This document shows, in pieces, positions 52,014-64,000 of a stretch of 64,000 nucleotides of DNA. The position numbers and the translations under genes were made by a program. Every line of letters begins with the position of its first letter. Position 1 is the stretch's first letter. The DNA lies in NCBI RefSeq assembly GCF_030028105.1, contig NC_092391.1:44489223-44553222 (forward strand), in the 5' to 3' direction. The stretch is from Mobula birostris (taxonomy: Eukaryota). The notes beneath the pieces are model-generated. The model searched no databases, was not told the DNA's origin, and worked only from the letters and a program-made list of their open reading frames with translations.

Positions 52014-53635
52014 GAGTTGTGGGTGAGGAAGGGGAAGGGAGGAATGATGGTTGGGGAGGTAAGTGAGGAGTATCTAAGGTGTATGAGGTTTATTTGAGGG
52101 TAGGTGGGACATGCCCGTGTGCGGGTCAGTTGAGTGAGAGTGGCTGAGGTGACCGAGATGAGTGAGGGATGTCTGGAGGGGTGAGTGAAGATGAACGTTG
52201 ATGGGTTCTCAAGTGAGGGAGATCTCGGGTAGGTGAGGATAGTAAGGGGCTTGGATGTGGGACTGTTGAGATAAGTAAAGGGGCTGCCAAGAAGAGTGAT
52301 GAGTGTCTTGGAAGGGTCGAGGGTGATAGAGGGCATGAGGTTCTGGAGTTGGTTGGTGATGAGAGTCAGAGGGAGGTAGAGAGAGTAAAACAGCCCTAGC
52401 ATATTGAAAGTGGTTGGGGAGAGTAGGGAGGTTTAGGATGGTTTGGCAAGTGAAAATGATATGGGGAGAGAAAGGGAGCATGGAGGGTGGGGGGGAAGAC
52501 ACCTGTTCATGTAATCTGGAAAGTGTGACGAGATAATATTGCAAACCTATTTAGTCCATGAACACTAAATGAAAAAGTGACCAATTGTGAAGAACTGTAA
52601 TCTTGTGCACATAATGGGAAGCAAGAGGTGTTACATCTACTATGCTATAAGCAATTGATGTAAACAGTTAAAGTGTTGTGGTTGGTAGATGCCCTTTCAG
52701 GGCAATGTGCACTGTGGAGTTGGAGTGAGAGTGAATTTTACAGTCAGAAGTACTCATGAGTTAAATAGTAGAGTGTGGAAGGTCGAAATAAAGGGCTTGC
52801 ATTTAGTGAAGGATGGGGGATGTTCCAATATTTGCTGGACTATGTGTTACTGATGTCAATAACACGTTCTTTCAACACTGCATGTGACATTATGGGGCTA
52901 TTTTAACAATTGTGCTTTGTAATTGTTACAATCTATATTTGCCTTCAGCTCAAGGACATAATGAACTGAAGAGTCCATTTCTGTGTTGTATGACTGTATC
53001 AGCCAACGTGTACATTTATGGTTTGGTATACACAGCCAGGAGTTGCTGTACACCAAGATAATATGTTTTTTCTTCACTATATGCACCGAACAACTTGTCC
53101 TTAGTGATTGAAACTTGCATCTCAACTTCACTTTCTTTTGCTCTCGATCATCACCCTTCTGTCCTCTCCCTCGTGAACTCTTTTAGCCAGACCTAAGGGT
53201 AGTCCTCAGATGCATTTAATTCAGCAGCTGATTACCAGTTTCGTTCGTTCAGCACAACATCCTGGACTGAAGGGCCTGTTCCTGCGCAAAACTGTTGTAT
53301 ATTATCAATATATAAAATAAATTCCAAGTAGCAATACTGAGATGTGATGTTGACCAACATGTGGTAGTGTCTGGAAATTTGTAGCAAGATATAACGGGTC
53401 TTTAGCAAAGGACATGGTGTTGTTTTTATGATCAACAATCCAACTAAATGTGCATCCAGTTAAGTACTTTATATTCCTGTGCTCAATTATACTAAGATGT
53501 AATTTTCACAGATGTTTTCGTTAATGGCAGCCATTCTTCAAGCAGTTGGTGTAACCAGTTCAGTGATGGTGAATGGTGTAAACGTGGCTAAGTAATCCTG
53601 ACCAGTTCTGCATCAGATATTCAGGTCTTGTCCAT

Positions 53636-54145
53636 AAGACATCTGAGCAAAATTGGGCCATTTGGCCCATCGAGTCTACTCCACCATTCCACTATCTTCC
53701 CTATCTATACCATTCTCCTGCCTTCTCTTATGAACCTCTGACTAATAAACTACATCAACCTCCATTTTAAATATAACAAGTGATGTGGCCTCTACCCCTG
53801 TCTGTGGCAATGATTTGCACGTAATCACCACTCTTTGGTGAAAGAAATTCTTCCTCATCTCGGTTCTAAAGGGACATCCTTGTGTTGTGATGGGTCTGGA
53901 TTTCCCCCCCCCCCCACTATAGGAAACATCCTCTCCATGCCCACTCTTGTTAAGGCTTTTCATTATTCGATAGGTTTCAATGAGAGTCCCCTCCCCAATT
54001 CTTCCAAACTCCAGCCAGCACAGGCCCATGCTCCTCATAGTTAACCCTTTCATTCCTGAGATCATTCTTGTGAACCTCCCCTGGACCCTCTCCAATGCCA
54101 GCACATCCTTTCTTTGATCAGGGGTCCAAAGCTGTTCAGAATACT
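53636..54145 (-). mobile_element. CR1 3' fragment
   Basis: LALERVQGRFTRMISGMKGL...FRTEMRKNFFHQRVV. Confidence 0.85.
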
Positions 54146-54281
54146 ATCACAATGTTACTTATTCAGGTGTTTCTGTTAACTGTTGGCTTTGCATGTTGAG
54201 AGGTGAAATGACTTTATGATGTACAGTGGTATCAAAGATTATGGAGCATTGATGCAAAACGGTGGGAGTTATTTTCATATA

Positions 54282-54772
54282 ACTTGGAGGAGGAACAACT
54301 CTTATTCTGTCTGGGTAACCTCCAAACTGAGGGCATGAATATCGATCTGTTCTCATTCCAGTGAACAAATATTCCCCCTCCCCGCCAACTCATTCTCCAC
54401 TCTGACCTTTCAATTCTTCTCAGCTGCCTACTATTTCCCCTTGGGTCCCCTCCTCCTTCCCTTCCTCCTATTGTCCACTCTTCTCTCCTATCAGATTCTT
54501 CCTTCTCCTGCCAACCTTGCCCACCCACTTGGCTTCACCTTACACCTTCCAGCTAGCCTCCTTCCCCTCACCCTCCTCCCACCTTTTTATTCTGGCATCT
54601 TCCCCCTTCATTCTCAGTACTGATGAAGGGTCTCAGCCCGAAACGTTGACACCATAGGCTCCTCTCCCACTCTCAGACACTCCCTCCATGGAAGCTGCCT
54701 GGCTTGCTGAGTTCCTCCAGCATTCTGTGTGTGTTGCTTTAAATTTCCAATATCTGCAGACTTAGTTATTTT
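54282..54772 (+). mobile_element. Penelope-like 3' end with hammerhead-like motif
   Basis: ttggaggaggaacaactcttattctgtctgggtaacctccaaactgagggcatgaatatcgat (GIY-YIG end); ctgatgaagggtctcagcccgaaacgtt at ~54620-54647. Confidence 0.75.
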
Positions 54773-55552
54773 TATAAGCTGTTACTAAACTCTCATGCAA
54801 GGATTCAGCAAACTGACGTGTACAGAACGGACAGGGTCTGGTTGAGTGAAAATATACTGACTCCTGGGTGTTGCTTCTGGTTTGTACAGTTTCTACCCAC
54901 AACAGACTGACAGCACTCCAGAGTAGGAGAGGCAAGCACAGGCCAGCGTTATTGTAGAGTTCTCACCTTTCTGCCCATTGTCAGTGTCTATGATGAAAAA
55001 TCAAACAGATGAAGTTTCCCTTCTGGAAGCCCGTTCTGAGCCAGGGACCTGTCCTTCCCATGGCTTCACACAGTCTGAGACCTGGCCACTCAGCTAACTT
55101 CAGATGCGATGGCAGAACCCACAGCTCTCTCATTTGTACAAAGGCTGGGCAATTCCTCCCTCTCAGTAACCAGGGGCTGATAAGCCATTGCGAAAGGTCA
55201 CTGGCATGGCACGTGGAAAGCAAGTTCAAGTTTGATTGTCATTCAACCGTACATGAATACACAATACAGCTACTGGTCCATTCTCCAGAGGGGAAGTGTT
55301 GACCACCAGCAGTATCAGTCTGGTGGATGATCCATCTAAATATTACACCCAACTCTAAATCTTAGCCCTGTTTCCGTTGCCACAGATACAGCCTTACCTG
55401 CTGAGTGCTTCCAGCATTTTGATACCTTTTTTTAAAATTTAATATTTTTAGCACCACAGTTTTTTGACATTTTCTAATACTACATAATCTGTTTGTTTAA
55501 TCACATTCTCAGCTGATTTTCAGATTCCTTGACCCTGACAGCTATAGCTGTC

Positions 55553-55679
55553 CTGCCAAAGGGTTTTAGCCTGAAAAGTTGACAGTACTCTTTCCCTAGA
55601 TGCTGTCTGGCTTGCTGAGTTCCTCCACCATTTTGTGTGGGTTGCTCGGATTTCCAGCATCTGCAGATCTTCTCTTGTT
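55553..55679 (+). mobile_element. Short Penelope-derived insertion
   Basis: TSD tatagctgtc (55543-55552, 55680-55689); starts at a degenerate hammerhead. Confidence 0.75.
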
Positions 55680-56984
55680 TATAGCTGTCTCCTTTTCTGG
55701 TGTTTTCCCTGGAATTTCTCTGCCTTCATTCCCTGAATCCTAATGGTTGCACACTCGAGTGGTTTAAAACACAAGTACAGGATGAAGCAATTGGTTGTAG
55801 TCTGATTATTGTTATGTGTCATTTGCTGTTGAAGTGCACAGTCCTCTCTCAGAACTGCCCAGTCCTCCAGAGTTGCCCTGATTGCCTTTGCTCCTTTTCC
55901 CTGCCACCATCAGCTCTTTCCCTTTGATCATCACGAAGTCTGAGGAGCTCATGCACTTATATCATAAATTCAAGAACAATTACAAACTCCGTCTCGAATG
56001 GCAAACCTTTCTCTGTCAGATACACCATGTGTTTCTGTGTTACTGTTCTCTCCTCCTAGCTTGGAACACCAATGAGATCTACTCCATGCTTTTATCTAAT
56101 GCAAGCTCCTACCCCCATACTGACTAATACTGGACGTGACTCCCTCTTCTCTTTCTTTCCAAAATCTCTAGTCTGTCTTCAAATTACTTGAACAACTTCA
56201 CCTGATTGGGGCCTAATTTTCCAACAACTCTACATTTTAACCCTTATATCCCCCTCACCCCTCACCCCTTCTTGCTACAGTTTGGTTCCTCAGTCTGTCT
56301 GAGTGACTGCTAACAAAGTCATATTGATATTTGCTTTAACAGTGTCTTGGTAAACTTCACTCACTCCTTCTGTCCTTGCCTTTGACTTCGTTCAACATCT
56401 GACATGATCGATCATGCCATTCCCTTGCATTGTACAGCTGGGTCGGTGGGAACACATCCACCAAGTCCTATGCTTGCTGTTTGTTGCCAGAGCTTCAAAT
56501 GCAATATTCCTTCACTATTGCCTTTGCGATCTCCTTTACTACCTGACAGCCTCATCAAACAACAGTGCCAGTTTTCCACAACTATGCTTAGCACTCGGTC
56601 ATTTTGCATTCCTCTTGTACCTCGGTCTCCTTCAGGTAAACGCTGATGAAATCGACACTGTGAGCATCAGTCCCTGGCACAGACTCTGCTCCCTTGCTAC
56701 CCCCTTCTACCTCTTTTACTGTGTCAGACTGAATCTGATCATTTGCAAAGTAGCATTCTCTTTGCATGTGGATGGACTTCCAGTGCCGGATTATCTCCAT
56801 CTAAAAGCTGCCTACTTTCCCCTCTTGCTTCAGCCCATTTTCTACTGCAGCACATTTTGATGGTGTTGCTGTCTCTCTACAAATGCTACCTGAGCTAAAG
56901 AGTATCTGTAGATTGTTGTTTATTTATTGAACAAGTAATTTCTCTGCTACTAACAATTCATTTACTGTTTTATTGCTTGCTCAG

Positions 56985-57035
56985 ACAGGACTTTGTTCAA
57001 ATTGTATTCTGAAGCTGATACTGTGGTGATGTATG
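56985..57035 (+). other. Candidate 51-nt 5'UTR exon of NDOR1
   Basis: TACTAAC at 56948-56954, pyrimidine tract, CAG ending 56984, donor ATG|GTAAGT at 57036. Confidence 0.5.
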
Positions 57036-57364
57036 GTAAGTGTTTCATTAGACTGTCACGTTCTGTAGCTATAATTAAACCTGTACACTATTCACAGAAT
57101 GGCAGCACAGCTACTCACTGGTTAGAGCAGCTGCCTCATAGCTTTGAGCATCCAAGTTCAATGCTGACTTTCAGCACAGTCTGGTATGGAGTTGGCTTGT
57201 TCTCCCTGTAACAACACATCTCTGATTTCACACCACGGGCTGATAATGTTTGTTTGGAGGCCAAATGGATACTGTAAATTGCTTGCAGAGTAGATGGGGA
57301 AAATCGGGAGTGGGGTAGGTGGAGTTGATGGGGATATGAGGGGAACACTGCGTTGTGTAGATGT

Positions 57365-57497
57365 AAACAACAGGAATTTTGCAGATGCTGGAAATTCAAG
57401 CAACACACATCAAAGTTGCTGGTGAACGCAGCAGGCCAAGCAGCATCTGTAGGAAGAGGTGCAGTTGACGTTTCAGGCCGAGACCCTTCGTCAGGAC
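57365..57497 (-). mobile_element. Short Penelope-derived insertion with intact hammerhead core, inside a V-SINE
   Basis: TSD tgtgtagatgt (57354-57364, 57498-57508); - strand reads agtcctgacgaagggtctcggcctgaaacgtcaact. Confidence 0.8.
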
Positions 57498-57599
57498 TGT
57501 GTAGATGTGTCAGGCCGTGCAGACTTGTCCTGTGTTTCTGCGCTGTTTAACCCTCACTATGATGACACATTACTAGGGGAAATTTTTCAGTAATCCATG

Positions 57600-60305
57600 C
57601 TGTCGAGTCTCTCAAAAGCAGAGGTGGTGGTGTATGTCTCATGATCAACTCCTTGTGCACTGATGTGTCAGAGACATCCCAATATTGCTAACCAGACCTG
57701 GAATATTTTGCAATTAAGTGCCATCCATTTTGCCTGCTGCAGGAGATTTCAGCGATCTTTTCAGTAGCAGTGTACGTTCCACCTCATCAAAGAGGCTCTA
57801 GATGATCTGTGCGATGAAGTCAACCTGCACAAAACAGCACACCCTGACGCTTCCCCCATCATTTGGGGGGTGGGGGGGAGTTAACCAAGCCAGCTTGAAA
57901 AATTCACTAAATAATTATCATCAACAAACCACTTATAGTACCAGAGGAAACAACAAACTGGACCACTGTTACACTAAGATCATGAGTGCTTGCTCTTCTA
58001 TTCCACATCTATACTTTGGAAAGTCTGTACTTCTACTCCCTGAGTATTGACAGAGACTGAAGACTGCAGCACCAGTAGTGAGGGCCAAGAAGGTTTGGAC
58101 AAGGGAAGCACAGGAGCATTTACAGAACTGCTTTGAATCAGTGAACTGGACTGTATTCAGGGATTCATCTTTGAATCTGGATGAGCATGCTGCAGTTGTT
58201 ACCAGCTTCATTAAAACCTGTGTGGATGAGTGTGTGCCTACAACGACCTGCTGTATAATCCCAAACTAAAAGCTGTGAATGAACCAGGAAGTTTGTCACC
58301 TGCTGAGGGTTAGATCTGTGGCACTTAAGTCTGGTGAGCCAGGTCTGTACAAGAAAACCAGATATGACTTGCAGAGGGCCATTTCAAGAGCGAGGAGAAA
58401 ATTCCGAGCAAGGGTGGAGGTGACATTGGAAGCGCGTCAGCTCTGGCAGGATTTGCAGGACATTACTTCCTACAAAGCGAAACCCAATAGCATGAATGAC
58501 AGCGATGCTTCACTACCAGATGAGCTCAACGCCTTCTATGCCCACTTTCAAAGGGAGAATATAACTGTAGCTGTGAAGGTCCCTGCTGCACCCAATGTAA
58601 TGTGATCTCTGTCTCAGAGGTCGAACTCAGGCTGTCTTTCAAGTGGGTAAACCCTCACAAGGCGGCAAGCCCTGATGGAGTACCTGGTAAGGCTCTGAAA
58701 ATTTGTGCCAACCAACTGGCGAGTATATTCAAGGACATTTTCAACCTCTCATTGATACGGTCGGAAGTTCCCACCTGCTTCAAAAGGGCAAGAGTGCCCA
58801 AGAAGAGTAGTGTGACCTGCCTTAATGACTGTCGTCCAGTAGCACTCACATCTATGGTGATGAAATGCTTTGAGAGGTTGGTCATGGCCAGAATGAAGTC
58901 CACTGCAGTACTCAAACTTCTACAGATGTACTGTGGAGAGCATTCTGACAGGCTGCATCACTGTCTGGTATGGTGGGCGGGAAGGTTACTGCACAGGATC
59001 GAAAGAAGCAACAGTAAGTTTTAAAATTAGTCAGCTCCATCTTGTCGCTTCCGTAGTACCCAAGACATACTCAAGGAGTGGTGCCTCAGAAAGGTGACAT
59101 CCATTTTGAAGGACCCCCATTATACAGGATATGCCCTCTTTTCATTGTTACTGTTAGGAAGAGGATTTAGAAGCTTGAGGCACACACAGTGATTCTGGAA
59201 GAGCTTTTTCCCCTTTGCCATCCGATTCCTAAATGGACATTAAACCAATGAACACTACGTCACTTTTATTATTTCTCTATTTGCACTATTTTTAATTCAA
59301 CTATTTAATATACATATATATACTTACTGTAATTGATTTACTTTAGTACTGCATTGTATATTACGTACCCCGTAACTGGTTTGCCAAACCAGCAGAAATG
59401 GACCACTCAGTTGGAGTCTGGATTACTAGAACTAAGAAGGTTTTATTAAAGAAACAAGCAACACAGTACTCTAATCAAAAGGATAATGAATGCAACAGTT
59501 CAGCAATGATAAACATACATGTACACAGAATTAAGATAACAGGATCAATCAAGCTTTATCATTGTCTAGGGGTAAATGACCAATTTCAAAGTGACACAAA
59601 GTTCAGTTCAATTTAGTTCAGTTCAGTTCGCAGTAATCGCTGCTGTGGCGATGGACAGTGGGGGGAAGGAGAGAGAGACCAAAACGAATGGATATTCAAA
59701 ACGGCTTCCAAACAGACCTTCGCAGTCAGCTTTCGGGCGAGCCCTTTGTGATGTCATCTGAGGTCACCGACCGTGACCCCTCCGTTTCCAGATGCGATCG
59801 TTTCTCTGCGGTGAACCTGGCACCCAGGCAAGGGTGGACACACACCAGGTTCCCGCCGATCGTGCCTTTCCACCCTGTGCGTCTATGGCCCGGTACTTCC
59901 CACCGACTTGTGAGAGATGCACCGCTTCCAGGGTCTTGTTACCTCGGGTGTCGTGTGTGTGTCCTGCCTTAGCGAACCTGTTCCTTTTTATCCCCCTGCT
60001 GGGGTATCGCCTGTCCATCACTTCAAACAGTTCAGGGTTCAAAGGGGGAGCCGATCTTGACAGCTCTCCTTCCGTTACTCTCTCCCGTCCCTTCATTAAC
60101 ATCTCCAAATGCTGCTCCATTGTTTTCCTTATCTCTCTCTGTCTTCTGAAGACAGGTGGCAGACCAACTGTTGATCCCACTGGTGCCAGCACAGGACAGC
60201 TACATCTTAATCTATGTGTATTCTCGTCACATGTACTGCTGCCACTAAGTTAACAAATTTCACAACATATGCCAGTGATACTAAACCTGATTCTGATAAT
60301 TCTGA
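57600..60305 (+). mobile_element. Rex1/Babar LINE, internally deleted; 3' tail interrupted by a solo LTR
   Basis: ASLPDELNAFYAHF, KAASPDGVPGKALKICANQLA, CLNDCRPVALTSMVMKCFERLV; tail ctaaacctgattctgataattctga. Confidence 0.85.
59359..60231 (-). mobile_element. Solo LTR (873 bp; Gypsy/ERV type)
   Basis: Termini tattacg ... cgtcaca (TG...CA with one change); 4-bp TSD tgta (59355-59358, 60232-60235); removing it restores the Rex1 tail tactgcattgta|ctgctgcc; AATAAA on the - strand near 59443. Confidence 0.75.
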
Positions 60306-60457
60306 TGATAGTCATTTTTATTGGCATATCATCATTCATTGGATTTAAGAAAACAAAGTGTGTGGTTAAAGAACGTTGTGTTGAAACTTGCAACTTGTGA
60401 GATGGTGCCCCCTGTACTTGCATCAAGTGTGATGTATATTTTGGTTATTGAAAATAG

Positions 60458-60697
<240 letters not shown>

Positions 60698-61532
60698 TGA
60701 CCGTACTGACCTTGACTTCAAGTGATATAAAATTTGTGTTTTCTTTTTCTGCTGTTACTGCTAAGTGCTAACAGTGGCATGGTTTATCAGAGGCATACTT
60801 CCTCAAAAAATAAATCTGCCTCTGTTGTGTGTGAAATACTTTGGGACCTTGGGGATGTAGGCACAGCAACAAAGAATGCATCTTGCCACCTAAATTAGTC
60901 CCAAGAGTGTTACTGTTGGACTGTAGCCTTTTTTGTAACATAGGAAGCACAGTGTTCACACGGTACATAATACATAGCAAAACCCCACACGCAGCAATGA
61001 GCTAATAAAAAAGATAGTAATCAAAAATGAAAAAAACATAATTTAAACAACGCAAAACTAACCAGGATCAGGCTGCATCTGTGGAGAGAGAAATAGAGTT
61101 AATATTTTAGAATATTGACCTCATCTTAACAGTCGGATTTGTCCTTTTGCTTGTGTGACGTCAAGTGTTGGATTTACCCCAGTTAAGTATTGGGAATTTG
61201 GAAGCCATTGAATTTGTTTCCTGCTAGAAGTTCCATTGCCAGCTCATTGGCTTCATCCCTCTCCCTCTCCCTCTCCTGAAGTAGTTCACGTTTGCCCTTT
61301 TTCTAGGCTTCTAACTACATATCCACACCATCGTTAAGCCCTCCAGCTTTCATCTCTGTAAATATTTCCTAACTCTCTGCCTTTGTCTCAGGTGAATTTC
61401 TGCTGAAATGCACAACAAAATTTCTGTTATTTTCAGATGCTCTATAAAAACAGAAATTGCCTAAGACATATCCCACATAAAGCAGTATCTTTGTGGGTCA
61501 GTGACCTTAAGCGTTATCTCTATTTCTATATA

Positions 61533-62520
61533 CAACCTATCCTCGTTATATGTGGGGGATACGTTCCTCGAAGTTGACGCATAATGTGAAATTGCATCAT
61601 GTGAATAATTATTTAAATGGAGAAAATAGAGATGTGTTCCAGGGGGCTTCCTAAATATGTTTTATCTGTAATTTATTCACATTTTCATACCAATATGACA
61701 CAAAAGCAGTACTACAAGACAGCATTTGTATTATATTTCATCAATTTAAGGTAATATTCAATGTAATAAGTCACAAAGTTAACATCCGAGGGTGTACAGT
61801 ACTCACCAACAATGGCGGGTGTGTTCGCCAGGATCATACCAAGCACAGCAAGGGGTGAAGGAAGACTCACAGAACTCTTAGAACTGCCGGCAGCAGAAGA
61901 TTACACCGATTTAAATAAAGTGGTGAGGGTTGTTTGCTTGGCAGCATTTTGTTTTTCAGCATAAATTTGCTTGTAGGGAAGAAGGGTTGACGGCAGGGAA
62001 CGACTGAAGTGCTGACTCCGTTCTAAACTTGGGTCCATGTCCATCGCCATTTGTGCCAAGTGTTCCGACTTCCACCATTCCCTCACCGTTGGTAAACTCC
62101 TGGGATTTTCAAAATCATCTGTTGCTTGCAGCATCTGAGAGATAGTTCGCCGTAAAAAAAAATACTTTCGCCTTGAATGTGGATTACACCTTGGTCGAGT
62201 GGTTGAATCAGCGATGTTGTGTTAGGCGGCAGGAAACGCACTATTATGTTAGGATGCATACTGTCTAAATGTTTAGGATGGGCTGGCGCATTGTCAAGCA
62301 ACAAAAGAACTTTAAAGGCAAGATTCTGTTTCGGGCAGTAGCGTCCCAGACCTGTGTTACCTTCAGCTGATGCCGCACTGTTTATAATTTCCAACTTTTT
62401 TTCAAGTGTTAAAGCAGTTCTCTGCCACTCGGCTGACAGCCCAAGACATGACATCGGACGCTTAGGAGGCATAGTTAAATATTTCAAGCACAAAATCACT
62501 GCACCATAAGTAAAACCATT
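61533..62520 (-). mobile_element. Tigger/pogo DNA transposon, internally deleted
   Basis: MPPKRP...ALTLEKKLEII, KVLLLLDNAPAHP...FLPPNTTSLIQPLDQGVI; TIR-like cctcgttatatgtgggggatacgttcc after TA at ~61531. The other end was not identified. Confidence 0.85.
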
Positions 62521-63772
62521 GGAAGTTTAAGATTGCGCATCCACACCTTGCCAAAACCAATGCAAGAATGGTGGGAGAGAGATTGTGAAGTGCACGCACC
62601 TGACTTGTGTTGGCAGGAAAGCAGTGCTCCTCGCATAACTGTGAATCCACATAGTCTGAAGACACATATAAGGAGGATAGGGTGTATCCAGCAGTTTTCA
62701 ATTCCCAGTGCCTGCACTTCATTTGCTTCTCTCTCACTATTCCGTAACTATCCTGCCATCTTCCAGCCCTTGTCAGTTCCACTTCGCTAAATCTTCAACA
62801 CACACACGCTGCTGGAGAAACTCAGCAGTTTTCAATTCCTAGCCCTTGTCACTTCTACTTCACTATATCGTCAACAACAACACATTGCTGGACAAACTCA
62901 GCAGGTCCAGCAGCATCTCTGGGAAGGAAGAAAGGTTGATCCCTGAGTTCTTCCAGCAGACTGTATGATGCTTCAGATTTGAACACCTGCAGTTTCTTGT
63001 GTATCACCAAATGTTCTGTTGTGCCCTAGCACACTAATTGCCATTCATCAGCCCAACGCTTTCTGACCAATTTTATCATAACCTACGGCAGTGGTTGTAA
63101 TTTAAAATTCTCGGTTTAGCCCTACATTTTTTCTCATCTTCTGCTTGAACCCTGCGTTTCTGGCTTCGTGTGCCTCACCATTGACAGCCTTTCCTTCCGC
63201 TGCTTGAGCCCAAACCTCTAGCACTCTCTAAATCCTTTCCTTGCTACTTCTCTCTCCGGCTGTATGTAATCCCTGATTCAATTACCTTGATCAAGTTTCT
63301 TGCCACTTAAATAAAGTTACCAGTGTATCTCAGTATCATATATATCCTGCTGCTGTCTGTAAGGAGTTTGTGTGTTCTGTCCATTTCCATGTGAGCTTCC
63401 TGCAGGTGTTGCACTTTCCTCACACATCCCAAAGACATACAGGTTAGTAGGTTAATTGGATGTATGGATGTGCTGTATTTGGGTGATGCTGGCTTGCTGG
63501 GCCAGTAGGACCCGTTACAGTGCTGTAGTCCTAAATAAGTGAATAAAATTTAATAGAAATTTCTGATCCTGCGTCTGGGAGTGCCTGTGAAAGAGTTAAG
63601 GGCACTTGATATAAAAATTATTATCATTGTTTTCAACAATATTTTAAATGTAGTAGACAAGGATCGAGGTACAGGTTCACAGAGCTCTCCTGTGTTACAG
63701 TAGATGAAAATGAATTGCTTTGCATGTTAGAAACTCTCCTGCTATGCTGTACCTTTTATGCTGATATTCTGA

Positions 63773-63988
<216 letters not shown>

Positions 63989-64000
63989 TAATGAAGAATT

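Noticed and set aside
51351-52402. 152-aa and 229-aa - strand ORFs
   Set aside because: They arise from the CpG island and the low-complexity G/A-rich minisatellite tract; biased composition and no motifs.
59658-60253. 104-153 aa ORFs on both strands
   Set aside because: They lie inside the solo LTR and show no gag, pol or env similarity.

Overview
This is eukaryotic (vertebrate) genomic DNA. The repeat content (CR1, Rex1/Babar, V-SINE/HE1-like and Penelope-derived repeats) suggests a cartilaginous fish, probably a ray; this is inference. Three host genes lie in the same order and orientation as at human 9q34.3. TPRN (taperin) has a large first coding exon on the - strand (15829->13433); later exons were not found in the window. 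TMEM203 has a single coding exon on the - strand (40062->39652). NDOR1 has its first two coding exons on the + strand (60545-60679, 63797-63874). TMEM203 and NDOR1 appear to share a bidirectional CpG-island promoter (~51450-51830, with a perfect TCTCGCGAGA palindrome), and each seems to start with a non-coding exon followed by a 9-11 kb intron. Most of the rest is transposon-derived: a full-length L1 with a 16-bp TSD, three Tc1 elements, Chapaev3-like and Tigger-like remnants, a solo LTR, and many CR1/Rex1/SINE fragments. The main findings are: (1) a Tc1 element nearly identical to Sleeping Beauty, rearranged to carry two right ends (candidate horizontal transfer); (2) Penelope-derived repeats carrying minimal hammerhead ribozymes, including a TSD-bounded inverted copy with an intact core on each strand, plus ~110-135 bp insertions that begin at the ribozyme; (3) 5'UTR architecture of all three genes (uORFs, extra leader exons). 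I found no convincing wholly new protein-coding system. All family assignments come from recognising sequence from memory, not from database searches.
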